Source of the DNA: an uncultured Desulfobacteraceae bacterium
Lineage (GTDB): Bacteria > Desulfobacterota > Desulfobacteria > Desulfobacterales > UBA11574
Direction of reading: 5' to 3'
DNA: 64,000 nt
NCBI GenBank assembly: GCA_964591175.1
Contig: CAZQAF010000001.1
Location: forward strand, 12,879 to 76,878
Below the pieces are notes generated by a model. It was not told where the DNA came from, did no database searches, and worked only from the letters and a program-made list of their open reading frames with translations. A program made the position numbers and the translations under genes. This document shows positions 30,501 to 39,626 of this stretch, piece by piece; positions within the stretch are counted from its first letter, which is position 1; the number at the start of each line of letters is the position of its first letter.

Positions 30501-31784
30501 CTATTTTTTGCTATCGCCGGTAGCTGCCCCGTGCATCTTGATTTCGACTTTTTCAGTCAGTCCTTCATAGTACTTTCTGAGAATTTCAACTACCTCATCG
30601 CGACCGAAATGATCCGGGAGCTCGCCGCCTTCTGACAGGAGTTTTCGGAGCATGGTTCCGGAAAGCAGCACCCGGTCCGCCTTGTCATGGGGGCAGGTTC
30701 TCAAGGATGCCATGCCGTCGCATTTGTAGCAGTAGAATGTCCAGTCGATCTTCAAAGGCATGCAGAGCAGCGCCTTGCCGGGTTCTTGGGGGTGGGGAAT
30801 TTTGTCGAAAATAGTCTGCGCTTCGAACATGCCGTAGAAATCGCCCACGCCGGCATGGTCGCGGCCGATGATCATTCTGGAGCATCCGTAATTCTGACGG
30901 AAAGTGGCATGCAAAAGGCCCTCTCTGGGACCGGCATAGCGCATATCCAGAGGATAGCCGCCTTGGACCACATTTTTCTCCACAAAATAGTTCTTGACGA
31001 GGGAGTCGATGCATTTGACGCGGACATCGGCAGGAATGTCGCCGGGTTTCAGATTCCCTACCAAAGAGTGAATATAGACGCCGTCGCACACTTCTACGGC
31101 AATTTTGCAAAGATATTCGTGGGACCTGTGCATGGGATTTCTGAGTTGCAGCGCGGCGATTTCGCTCCACCCTTTTTCTTCAAAAATCTTTCGGGATTCT
31201 TCAGGCCTCATATAAACACCGGCATATTTGGTGGGAAATTCGCCTTCGCTCAGCACTTTGACCGGCCCGGCAAAGTTGACACCTTTTTGATTCATTACCA
31301 TCTGTACACCGGGGTGATCGTCCTTGGCGATTTTCCAAAATTCTTCAGGGGTCGGGGTCCCTTCACCCATATAGACTTTTTCACATTCAAACTTTTTGTC
31401 GGCTTCTGTCAATTCATATTTTTCCGTGACTTTCATGGTTCCCATGATCTCGCCGCTGTCCGGATCACAGAGGGCGATTTCATCGCCGCTGTTGATGCCG
31501 TCGGCATCGGCTTTGTCCACGGAAAGGGTTACCGGGATGGGCCAGAACGTTCCGTCGGCCAGCAAGAAATTTTCACAAACACCTTTCCAGTCCGCTTTTG
31601 TCATGAAGCCTGTCAGGGGGCTGAATCCGCCGATACCCATCATGATCAAATCGCCAACTTCTCGATGGGACATCGTAATCTTTTTCAGGCCCTGGGCCTT
31701 TTTCTTTTCTGCCTCAAGCTCGGCGCCTTCGAGCAGGCAGCAGGTCAAACCTTTGCCGCCATGGGGTGGAATTAGTTTTGACAT
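30501..31784 (-). CDS. sat: sulfate adenylyltransferase (ATP sulfurylase)
   Basis: 427 aa; [10 protein letters not shown]…, [11 protein letters not shown] and GRDHAGVG motifs. AAGGAGA RBS. Confidence 0.96.
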   Translation of the reverse strand: MSKLIPPHGGKGLTCCLLEGAELEAEKKKAQGLKKITMSHREVGDLIMMGIGGFSPLTGFMTKADWKGVCENFLLADGTFWPIPVTLSVDKADADGINSGDEIALCDPDSGEIMGTMKVTEKYELTEADKKFECEKVYMGEGTPTPEEFWKIAKDDHPGVQMVMNQKGVNFAGPVKVLSEGEFPTKYAGVYMRPEESRKIFEEKGWSEIAALQLRNPMHRSHEYLCKIAVEVCDGVYIHSLVGNLKPGDIPADVRVKCIDSLVKNYFVEKNVVQGGYPLDMRYAGPREGLLHATFRQNYGCSRMIIGRDHAGVGDFYGMFEAQTIFDKIPHPQEPGKALLCMPLKIDWTFYCYKCDGMASLRTCPHDKADRVLLSGTMLRKLLSEGGELPDHFGRDEVVEILRKYYEGLTEKVEIKMHGAATGDSKK

Positions 31785-31860
31785 TGCTTAGGGTCTCCTT
31801 TCGACTTTTTGTATTATAATAAATGGCTTTTAAACACCATCTCGATTTTCACAAAGGCGA

Positions 31861-31890
31861 ATTATTAGTAGGGATAAAGGTGTTTGTCAA
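31861..31890 (-). promoter_or_regulatory. candidate sigma70-type promoter for sat
   Basis: The minus strand reads TTGACA (31890..31885), an 18-nt spacer, then AATAAT (31866..31861), about 75 nt upstream of the sat ATG. Confidence 0.3.
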
Positions 31891-32132
31891 GGAGAATCAA
31901 TGAGGCCTTTGAAAAACGCTTCCTTTTGCCCGATCCGCCGGAGGCGGACAAGTCTCAGCGCCCCGTGAAATGCGAAGCCTATTTCTCTGGGGTCAGACTC
32001 AAATTCTAATCCTCGAAATACCAACTGTATTTCTGCGGTTGAAATTTTCCTCTTCTCCCGCTCAAAGTCCGGGATCTTCGACTTGACATTGGACAAAATT
32101 AAACATTTTTCAAAGACCTCATTTTTGTACAA
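31887..32132 (-). CDS. hypothetical small protein (81 aa), doubtful
   Basis: The only ORF in the yjbQ-sat gap on the same strand as both neighbours. No motif recognised and no clear RBS. Confidence 0.2.
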   Translation of the reverse strand: MYKNEVFEKCLILSNVKSKIPDFEREKRKISTAEIQLVFRGLEFESDPREIGFAFHGALRLVRLRRIGQKEAFFKGLIDSP

Positions 32133-32138
32133 AAGATC

Positions 32139-32570
32139 TCAAAGAACGCCGATAATGGTGACTTCTATGGTTCGTGTCCTTGGGCGATTGTCGTGATTGA
32201 CGGCAACTACCTGCTGCCAGGTTCCCAGTTCGAGCCTTCCGTTTCGAACCGGCAAGGCAATGGACGGACCGAGCAGTGCGGCCTGGACATGGCTGTGTCC
32301 GTTGCCGTCGTGCCAGGCTTTTTCATGGGCATATTCCAGACCCGGCGGCGCCAGGATGGTGATGGCTCTTTTCAGGTCCTCGATCACACCGGGTTCGAAT
32401 TCAATGGTGGTGATCGATCCGGTGGATCCCACGACTGTCGCCGACAGATTCCCGGTTTGGATCTTCGACTCGCTGATCAGGTTTTTAAGCGCCGGCGTAA
32501 TATCGCACATATCCGGCCCGATTTTTAATTTGGCCTCAATGGGTGCACAAAATATAGATACGGGTTTCAT
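32139..32570 (-). CDS. YjbQ/UPF0047 family protein (secondary thiamine-phosphate synthase-like)
   Basis: 143 aa; …HDGNGHSHVQAALLGPSIALPVRNGRLELGTWQQVVAVNHDNRPRTRTIEVTIIG is the UPF0047 signature region. Confidence 0.8.
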   Translation of the reverse strand: MKPVSIFCAPIEAKLKIGPDMCDITPALKNLISESKIQTGNLSATVVGSTGSITTIEFEPGVIEDLKRAITILAPPGLEYAHEKAWHDGNGHSHVQAALLGPSIALPVRNGRLELGTWQQVVAVNHDNRPRTRTIEVTIIGVL

Positions 32571-32586
32571 TGTCGTCCTCCGATTG

Positions 32587-32615
32587 GAAGTTTAAAATGC
32601 CTAAAATGATCTAAG
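32587..32615. repeat. copy of the 17.3-kb intergenic repeat
   Basis: gaagtttaaaatgcctaaaatgatctaag compared with the reverse complement of 17368..17396, gaagtttgaaatgcctgaaatgagctaaag. By eye there are only about 3 substitutions plus 1 indel. Confidence 0.55.
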
Positions 32616-32661
32616 AAAAATATCCTAATATAGCACACCACAACGGCTCCGGATTTTAATA

Positions 32662-34650
32662 TCAAAAAAGCCCCATTTCCCAGTTCCACAACCCGGGTCT
32701 TTTTTTAAGTGTTACATCTTTTGGAATCGGTTCTAAAAGATGCACAAACAGACGGTAACCTGCCATTTCGAGAGTTTTTCTTTGGGATTTTAAATCGAGC
32801 CGCCAGTTGGGGTACACCCAATAATCGGATTCGATTTTTGTTGCCCAGGCTGCTTCGCCTTTGGGACTCGTAAAAAGCGTTTCAGTTTCCAATTGGTCGG
32901 ACAGCGCGCGAGAAACACATAGGGGCCAGTTGCCGTAAAGAACGATTCCCAGAGGCAAAGGGCTTTGTCTGGGAAGCATTAGATAATCTTTTTGCCCGAG
33001 TTCGGGAGTGACGATAACCCCTTTGAAACCCATAGATTCCAGAATCCTGATGGCCGAAGCATTGGCGATATTGCAAAAAGGACCGGCCCACAGGGAAATT
33101 TTTTTTACATCGTTAAACAGTGCACGCTGCCACGGCGCATTCAGCACGAAGTGTCCGGCGCCGGTATTTTGTACTGAATCGATGAGGGCTTTAAGTTCTT
33201 TTTCGTTATCCGGCCAGATCACCGGGGGCAGCCACCACCATATCCGGGACCGGAGTTTTTTGGGAAGCTGCGCTGCGGATTGTTTTGAAAGCCAAAGTCC
33301 TGTTGTATCGTGAGGTTTGATTTTACCGGGTTGACGAAAAACGATAAGGTTGGTAATTTTCTCTTTTTTATTTTCAAATCTTTCGGAATGTTTCTCGACG
33401 AAAACCGACCGGGTGGATGTCAATACCGGTGTTTGGATCAAGTTCTTTTCGAGTTCGGATATCCTGTCCATAAGATCCTTTTCCCGGCGGTCGATCAAAA
33501 ACACCGGAATATTTTTAGCGCCGTTTTTTTTCAGAAGGGGCTTTAGAGTAAGTCGCCCGCTTTTTGGAACATACTTGCCCACCCTGACGGTTTTGTGCCA
33601 TTTTTGGTCCTCATATCCTATGCGAAGGAGATCGCCCGGCAGCAGCATTTCTTTTGGATTTAAAAACGGTTGTTGAGCGCTTCCTTTTACGGTCCCCACG
33701 AAAAGTCCGGATCCGGTTCGATCATCAAGATGGATCGGATTTTGAGGTCTTTGAGGCAAGAAATGATAATGGGTTCCAGGCCTTCCCAAAGTATAGGATA
33801 GCAGATAAAGCGCCTCTTTTTTTGCTTTGGGATCGGTTCCGTGGTCTCTTATCATCTGGTAGGCCTTGATCGTATAAAAAACAGTGTGTGGGCCTTTTTT
33901 ACGGCCTTCGATCTTCCAGGCGCGGATTTGCGGAATCGTCAGAAGGACTTTGACGAGCACATCCAGACTGAGATCCCGGCAGGAAAAGGATCTTTCATTT
34001 TGTTTTTTTTGCCGGTATACTCGGCGACAGGGCTGGACGCATCGTCCCCGAAGCCCGCTTTTTCCACCGAGATAACTGCTCCAGTAGCATCTTCCGGAAA
34101 CACCATAGCACAGCGCGCCGTGTATGAATACTTCCAGATCCAGCCCCCTGGGACAGGCTGTGGCCATGGTTTTGATTTCATCGATATTCAGTTCCCTGGG
34201 AAGCACGATCCGGTGAACGCCGAAGCTTTTTTGAACCTGTTGAAGGGCCGCTGAAAAACTGACATTGGACAAGGTCGAAAGATGAATTTCGCCTTTAAAA
34301 CCGGCTTGGCCGGCGAGGTCGACAAAAGCCAGGTCCTGAATGATAATGCCGTCCGGTTTCACGTGGCTGCCCAGTTGTTGGAGCAGTCTTTGTGCCGTGT
34401 GCAGTTCTTCCGGCTTCAACAGCGCGTTCAACGCCACATGAACTCTGACCCCTTTGTCATGGGCCAGCAGTGTCAGAGGGATAAGCTCCTCTATGGTAAA
34501 ATTTTCGGCGGCCATGCGTGCCGAAAATTGGCGTAGCCCGCAGTATATTTCATCGGCACCTGCGGCAAGGGCGGCCAAAAAGGCGGCCTTGTTGCCTGCG
34601 GGCGCCAGGATCAAAGGGCGGAGAGGTATCGGTGTTTCATCGTTTTTCAT
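32662..34650 (-). CDS. peptidase U32 family protein
   Basis: 662 aa; N-terminus LILAPAGNKAAFLAALAAGADEIYCGL… and Cys-rich core (…GALCYGVSGRCYWSSYLGGKSGLRGRCVQPCRR…) are typical of U32. Confidence 0.8.
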   Translation of the reverse strand: MKNDETPIPLRPLILAPAGNKAAFLAALAAGADEIYCGLRQFSARMAAENFTIEELIPLTLLAHDKGVRVHVALNALLKPEELHTAQRLLQQLGSHVKPDGIIIQDLAFVDLAGQAGFKGEIHLSTLSNVSFSAALQQVQKSFGVHRIVLPRELNIDEIKTMATACPRGLDLEVFIHGALCYGVSGRCYWSSYLGGKSGLRGRCVQPCRRVYRQKKQNERSFSCRDLSLDVLVKVLLTIPQIRAWKIEGRKKGPHTVFYTIKAYQMIRDHGTDPKAKKEALYLLSYTLGRPGTHYHFLPQRPQNPIHLDDRTGSGLFVGTVKGSAQQPFLNPKEMLLPGDLLRIGYEDQKWHKTVRVGKYVPKSGRLTLKPLLKKNGAKNIPVFLIDRREKDLMDRISELEKNLIQTPVLTSTRSVFVEKHSERFENKKEKITNLIVFRQPGKIKPHDTTGLWLSKQSAAQLPKKLRSRIWWWLPPVIWPDNEKELKALIDSVQNTGAGHFVLNAPWQRALFNDVKKISLWAGPFCNIANASAIRILESMGFKGVIVTPELGQKDYLMLPRQSPLPLGIVLYGNWPLCVSRALSDQLETETLFTSPKGEAAWATKIESDYWVYPNWRLDLKSQRKTLEMAGYRLFVHLLEPIPKDVTLKKRPGLWNWEMGLF

Positions 34651-34866
34651 TGGGCTGCAGACTTTCAGGTTCAGGATTCAGGGTTTGACAGCAACAATAA
34701 CCATTTCAAGGGGCATTATCAAGTGAAAGGGCGAATAAATGCTCTTGCTCCGACGATATCCTGTGTTATATTCAAGATTAAAAGAAACGTAATGGTTTCG
34801 TAAGATGAATTCGAAATTTTACGGATCCATCAAACTGTAAATTCAAGAAGCCCGAAAGGATACATT

Positions 34867-35622
34867 ATGAAACTTGCAGTGAGCGGCAAAGGGGGCGTTG
34901 GGAAAACAACCTTTTCGGCACTTTTGATACGGACGTTGAATGCTCAGGGAAAACATGTGCTGGCTATTGATGCGGATCCGGACGCCAACCTTGCGGCGGC
35001 ATTGGGCATACCGGATGCGGACAGCATTACGCCCATTTCGGAGATGAAAGAACTCATATTCGAGAGGACCGAAGCGAGGCCGGGCAGCATCGGCGGTTTT
35101 TTTAAACTCAACCCCAAAGTGGATGACCTTCCCGAAGCGCTGTCGGCAAAGATGGACGGCATCAAACTGATGCGTCTTGGGGGCGTTCAAAAAGGGGGCG
35201 GCGGCTGCATCTGCCCGGAGAGTACCCTGTTGCGGGCGTTGATCACCCATATTGTCCTGGCGCGTGATGAAGTGGTGGTGATGGACATGGAGGCCGGAAT
35301 CGAACATTTGGGAAGAGCCACCGCTTCGGCGGTGGATCGCTTGATCGTGGTGGTGGAACCCGGCCGGAGAAGCATGGATACCGCCGGCCATATTCGAAAG
35401 CTTGCTTTGGAAATCGGACTTAAAAACATCGTCCTCGTGGGCAATAAAATCCGCAACCCGAAAGACGAGCTGTTTTTAAGGGAGCATTTGCGCGATTTCG
35501 AGTTTCTCGGATTTATTCCTTATGACGAAGCCTTGATAGAAGCAGACCTGAACGGCATTTCACCCTTTGATGTAAATTCGGTTGCAAAAGAGAATGTTAA
35601 TGCGATGATTGTCAGAATTTAA
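34867..35622 (+). CDS. CooC/AcsF-family nickel-insertion ATPase (MinD/ParA-type P-loop)
   Basis: 251 aa; deviant Walker A KLAVSGKGGVGKTT and the CooC-specific GGGCICPES (CxC) motif. Confidence 0.8.
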   Translation: MKLAVSGKGGVGKTTFSALLIRTLNAQGKHVLAIDADPDANLAAALGIPDADSITPISEMKELIFERTEARPGSIGGFFKLNPKVDDLPEALSAKMDGIKLMRLGGVQKGGGGCICPESTLLRALITHIVLARDEVVVMDMEAGIEHLGRATASAVDRLIVVVEPGRRSMDTAGHIRKLALEIGLKNIVLVGNKIRNPKDELFLREHLRDFEFLGFIPYDEALIEADLNGISPFDVNSVAKENVNAMIVRI

Positions 35623-37745
35623 TGAGCGGTTCAACACGACACTTTTATAAGACAAAAAAAAGAAAAGGCGGATACAGCCGGCGGCGCCGGCCTCCCAAAA
35701 TCAGGCCCGGGGCCGACGCAGGGCTCAAGCGGATTTTTGCCGGCATCGGCGTCCCTGATGAGACACCTTTCAAACCCGACCCCTATCAGATCCAGGCATT
35801 GTCGGCGGTTAAACGCTCGGACTGCCTGGTGACGGCACCGACCGGATCCGGCAAAACATGGATTGCCGAGCAAGCTATCGCCAGGATTCTAAAAAAGGGG
35901 GGCAAATCGTGGTATGCCTCCCCCCTAAAAGCGCTGAGCAATACAAAATACAGTGAATTTTCACAAATATTCGGGCCGGAAAACGTCGGCATTTTAACCG
36001 GTGACCGAAAAGAAAACCTGGATGCGCCCGTTATTGTGGGAACCACCGAAATCCTTCGGAATCAACTATACGACGCCATGTATCAAGGTGTGATGCTCCT
36101 TACCGATATTGTTGTTCTGGACGAAGCGCATTTTTTGGGAGATGAAGACCGGGGGGTCGTGTGGGAAGAGATCATGATATATCTTCCCCCCAGGATACCC
36201 CTTCTTTTGCTCTCGGCCACCATCGGGAATGCAAAGGACATTGCCCATTGGCTTTCGACCATTCGCTTGAAGGAGTGCATTGTTGTCGAAGAAACCAAAA
36301 GACCCGTGCCGTTGCACGCCCTTTTTTTTCACCCTTCGGGAACCCTGCTTCCGCTGCTTTCCCGGGGAAGCCCGAAAAAGAGCAGATTATCCAAAAAAGT
36401 GGCTTCTTATGTGACCGCAAGCCGTCCGCTGTTTCTTTCGCCGCCCCATAAGCTGCCGCCTTTCGGGGATATTTTGCGCGTCCTCAATAAATATCGGCTT
36501 CTCCCGGCGATATTTTTTCTCAAATCCAGAGCCGATTGTGACAATGCCCTCGATCTCTGCGATCAGACTTTGGGAAACAATTTGACGAGAAAGGACCGGC
36601 GAAGCCGAAGAATCGAAGAACTTGTGGCGCATAATTCCCACATTGCCGGGCACCGGCAAATGTGGCACCTCGAACAATTGGCTGTGGGCGCCCATCACAG
36701 CGGCCAGCTCCCGGCATGGAAGCTGGTGCTGGAAACCTTGATGACGGAAGGGCTTCTAGATGCGGTTTTCGCCACGTCAACCGTTGCCGCCGGTGTGAAT
36801 TTTCCGGCCAGAACCATCGTCTTATTGAACTCCGACCGGTTCAACGGCAGGGAGTTTATGCCGCTTTCTCCGACGGAGTTTCATCAAATGACCGGACGGG
36901 CCGGACGAAGGGGAATGGACCATATTGGATTTGCGGTGGCGATTCCCGGCAAATTCATGGACATTCGGCTGACGGCAAAACTGATGTCTTCGCCGCCGTC
37001 GGATGTGTCCAGCCAGATCAAAATAAACTTTTCCATGGTGCTCAATCTCCTTTTGTCCCATTCGCCGGACCAGATCGAAGACCTGCTTCAAAAATCCTTT
37101 GCAGCCCATCAGATGTTTCAGGCAAAAAACAAACAGCGGCGCCAACAATCCGCGGAAAATGATCCCAAACAGCTCTGGCAGGCTTTTGTGCGTCATCTCG
37201 ATTTTTTAAAGGAAACCGATTATGCGGAAAAGAGCGGCCGGCTTACCGTCGACGGCGTTTGGGCCTCTCAACTTCGAGTGGATCATCCGTTGATGATTGC
37301 CGAAGGCTTCCGGAGAGGGGTTTTGCCGAAAAATGATCCGATGCTCCTCGCCGCCATAATGACGATGTTTGTCAATGAACGCGAGTCCGATGAGAAACTC
37401 GACGAGGCATTTACACCCAAAGCGCTGATCGGCAGCTTTTTCAAGGTGAAAAAAGGACTGGCATCATTTTCAGCCCGGATGACCAAAAAAGGTTTTGAAA
37501 CCCGGCCACTGGTGCTGTCGCCGGCGGCGATGATCTACGCCTGGGCGTCCGGGTTGCCTTGGGAAAAGGTGCTGAACATCGGAAAAATGGAAGAGGGAGA
37601 CCTGTGTATGCTGATTCTCAGGACGGCGGACAACCTGAGACATGTCAGAACCCTTAAAGATGTCTTCCCCGAGGCCGCCTCGGCTGCGGGTGAGGCAATA
37701 GAGCTTATCATGAGATATCCCGTGGTGATGGATTATGACATTTGA
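35622..37745 (+). CDS. Ski2/HelY-like DEAD/DEAH-box helicase
   Basis: 707 aa; motif I TAPTGSGKT, motif II VLDEAH, SAT, a QMTGRAGRRG motif, and a DSHCT-like C-terminus (…MEEGDLCMLILRTADNLRHV…). The start ATG overlaps the CooC stop (TAATG). Confidence 0.85.
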   Translation: MSGSTRHFYKTKKRKGGYSRRRRPPKIRPGADAGLKRIFAGIGVPDETPFKPDPYQIQALSAVKRSDCLVTAPTGSGKTWIAEQAIARILKKGGKSWYASPLKALSNTKYSEFSQIFGPENVGILTGDRKENLDAPVIVGTTEILRNQLYDAMYQGVMLLTDIVVLDEAHFLGDEDRGVVWEEIMIYLPPRIPLLLLSATIGNAKDIAHWLSTIRLKECIVVEETKRPVPLHALFFHPSGTLLPLLSRGSPKKSRLSKKVASYVTASRPLFLSPPHKLPPFGDILRVLNKYRLLPAIFFLKSRADCDNALDLCDQTLGNNLTRKDRRSRRIEELVAHNSHIAGHRQMWHLEQLAVGAHHSGQLPAWKLVLETLMTEGLLDAVFATSTVAAGVNFPARTIVLLNSDRFNGREFMPLSPTEFHQMTGRAGRRGMDHIGFAVAIPGKFMDIRLTAKLMSSPPSDVSSQIKINFSMVLNLLLSHSPDQIEDLLQKSFAAHQMFQAKNKQRRQQSAENDPKQLWQAFVRHLDFLKETDYAEKSGRLTVDGVWASQLRVDHPLMIAEGFRRGVLPKNDPMLLAAIMTMFVNERESDEKLDEAFTPKALIGSFFKVKKGLASFSARMTKKGFETRPLVLSPAAMIYAWASGLPWEKVLNIGKMEEGDLCMLILRTADNLRHVRTLKDVFPEAASAAGEAIELIMRYPVVMDYDI

Positions 37746-38211
37746 TGAATTCGACAAAAACAAAAACGCAACGTTTTAATTGACGAATACGGGTTTCGGG
37801 TGTTTTTATATTAAAAATCAACTGCTTTCATTTCATCCGGTATTAAGAAAAATGCCATATTGACAATACGACGGGCATCGGATACCATATTTTATATGAT
37901 TGCCGCAACATGGCAGATGCCGGATATCTGACCGCGTACCCGTTGTGATGCTTCATGCGAAGCCATACAACCGTTATTTTTTTAGTTGTTTCAATCTCAA
38001 AAAGCGAATTTGATTCACTTCGCTCTCATCACTATCATTTCACTTAATTCGATATCGGATGCTTTGAAAAATTGCCGCTACGGCAGCGGGACATTACGGT
38101 TTAAATTCCGAAATGGTGGTTGCAGCGTCTGGTCGGAGAGAACAGGTGGATATTCAGATCCGGGAAAAAGGCAACTGATGCCGATGACTTATGTGTCGAT
38201 AAGGAGGCAGC

Positions 38212-39561
38212 ATGAAGGCATATCATATCTTTCGCGGTGCGATGGGCTTGCTGATCCTCTTTTTCCTGGCCCAACCGTTCAGCTTATCGGCCCGGGCAGC
38301 GGAGAAGGGGTACTCGCAGGAGCAGTTGAGTCAGATGCTGGCACCGATTGCCCTCTATCCCGACGACCTGCTTTCCCAGGTGCTGATGGCATCGACCTAC
38401 CCGCTGGAGGTCGTGGAGGCCGATCGCTGGGTCAGGAAAAATCCGCTGCTGACCGGCGCCAGTCTCGACGAAGCGCTCAAGGACAAGGACTGGGACGCCA
38501 GCATCAAAGCCCTTTGCCATGTTCCCGCGGTGCTGGCCCTGATGAGTGAGCGGCTGGAAGAGACCACCGACCTGGGCAACGCCTTTCTGAAACAGGAATC
38601 GGAGGTGATGCGCGTCATCCAGGATCTGCGCCACAGCGCTTACGAGGAGGGGAATCTCAGCTCCAATGACAAGCAAAAGGTTATTTATAAGTCCAACGGC
38701 ACTATCGTCATCGAGCCGGCCGATCCGCAGATCGTCTACGTGCCCTACTACAGCACCCGCTACGTTTACGGCCCCTGGCTGTATCCGGCTTATCCGCCCT
38801 GGTACTGGGGGCCTCCCGGAGTGATTGTGGGAACCGGCGTCTATTTTTGGCCTGACGTCTACGTCGGTTTCAGTTTCGGCTTCGGATACTGGTGTCACTT
38901 TGACTGGCCGAGGCGGACCATCATCATTAACGTCCACCGCCGGCCCGGATTCTTCCGGCATGACTATGATTGGGCGTCTCACCGGGGACCGTGGCGCCAT
39001 GAACCCCGTCACCGTCGGGGTGTCGTGTATCGCGACCGGATTACCGCCGAGAAGTTCGGGCAGTATCCCAAAAGCGGCCAGGTTTTCTACCGCGGGCGAT
39101 GGCGTTTTCCCGAGCAGCGGATGGAAAACCGGCTGAACCGGGAGCGACGCGGCGGCAGTTCCGTCCGGGGGCGGGCAACGGCCCGTCCTGCCCCGGTTGC
39201 CAAACCGGCGGCTCGCAAACGAACATCGACAGGGACGCGGCGCGTCACCTCGGTTCCGGAACGGCGCGTCACCTCGACTCCGGAGCGGCGCCAAGAAGAA
39301 GCGTGGCGAAGAGAGCGGGTCGAAAGGCGGGAGCACACCACGGTCTTCGGCGGTATCATGGACGGCCGGGAGGAAGGAAGATCGAGTATCCGCGGCGGCG
39401 CCAGCCGTGGCGCCATGTACCGGCGCGGACGGGAAGAGCGGCGTGGCATCCCATCTACTTCTCAGCAACATCGGAGGCAGGGCGGCGGAGGTCGCGCTAC
39501 TCCATCCACTTCTCAGCAGCATGAAGGACGGGGCGGCGGAGGGCGCGGTGTTCACCGGTAA
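38212..39561 (+). CDS. DUF3300 domain secreted protein with Arg/Gly-rich repetitive tail
   Basis: 449 aa; signal peptide, then YSQEQLSQMLAPIALYPDDLLSQVLMASTYPLEVVEADRW (DUF3300 signature as I recall it). AAGGAGG RBS. Confidence 0.8.
   Translation: MKAYHIFRGAMGLLILFFLAQPFSLSARAAEKGYSQEQLSQMLAPIALYPDDLLSQVLMASTYPLEVVEADRWVRKNPLLTGASLDEALKDKDWDASIKALCHVPAVLALMSERLEETTDLGNAFLKQESEVMRVIQDLRHSAYEEGNLSSNDKQKVIYKSNGTIVIEPADPQIVYVPYYSTRYVYGPWLYPAYPPWYWGPPGVIVGTGVYFWPDVYVGFSFGFGYWCHFDWPRRTIIINVHRRPGFFRHDYDWASHRGPWRHEPRHRRGVVYRDRITAEKFGQYPKSGQVFYRGRWRFPEQRMENRLNRERRGGSSVRGRATARPAPVAKPAARKRTSTGTRRVTSVPERRVTSTPERRQEEAWRRERVERREHTTVFGGIMDGREEGRSSIRGGASRGAMYRRGREERRGIPSTSQQHRRQGGGGRATPSTSQQHEGRGGGGRGVHR
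39241..39288 (+). repeat. 2 x 24-nt in-frame tandem repeat inside the DUF3300 gene
   Basis: cgcgtcacctcggttccggaacgg / cgcgtcacctcgactccggagcgg encodes RVTSVPER / RVTSTPER. Confidence 0.85.
39451..39552 (+). repeat. 2 x 51-nt in-frame tandem repeat at the DUF3300 3' end
   Basis: ccatctacttctcagcaacatcggaggcagggcggcggaggtcgcgctact / ccatccacttctcagcagcatgaaggacggggcggcggagggcgcggtgtt encodes PSTSQQHRRQGGGGRAT / PSTSQQHEGRGGGGRGV. Confidence 0.85.
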
Positions 39562-39626
39562 TCTAAAGTGATTCTGACATGAGCTGAAAAACGAAAGTTC
39601 AAAGGGATCAACCGAAGGAGGCGTTC

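Noticed and set aside
30687-31775. 362-aa plus-strand ORF (and 161-aa/131-aa companions)
   Set aside because: Antisense or alternative frame of sat, which has unambiguous ATP-sulfurylase motifs. This is a shadow ORF.
37986-38549. 187-aa plus-strand ORF upstream of and overlapping the DUF3300 gene
   Set aside because: It is in a different frame from the DUF3300 gene, which has a strong AAGGAGG RBS and a signal peptide. The ORF starts in AT-rich spacer without an RBS, and its 3' half is simply the GC-rich alternative frame.
38284-39555. 423-aa minus-strand ORF (plus 39693..40355, 40535..41140, 41174..41860 and 41847..42470)
   Set aside because: All are antisense to the DUF3300, DUF2950, hydrolase and HAD genes. 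Their Pro/Arg/Gly/Ala-rich composition is typical of stop-poor antisense frames in GC-rich DNA. I used them only as an indicator of elevated GC.
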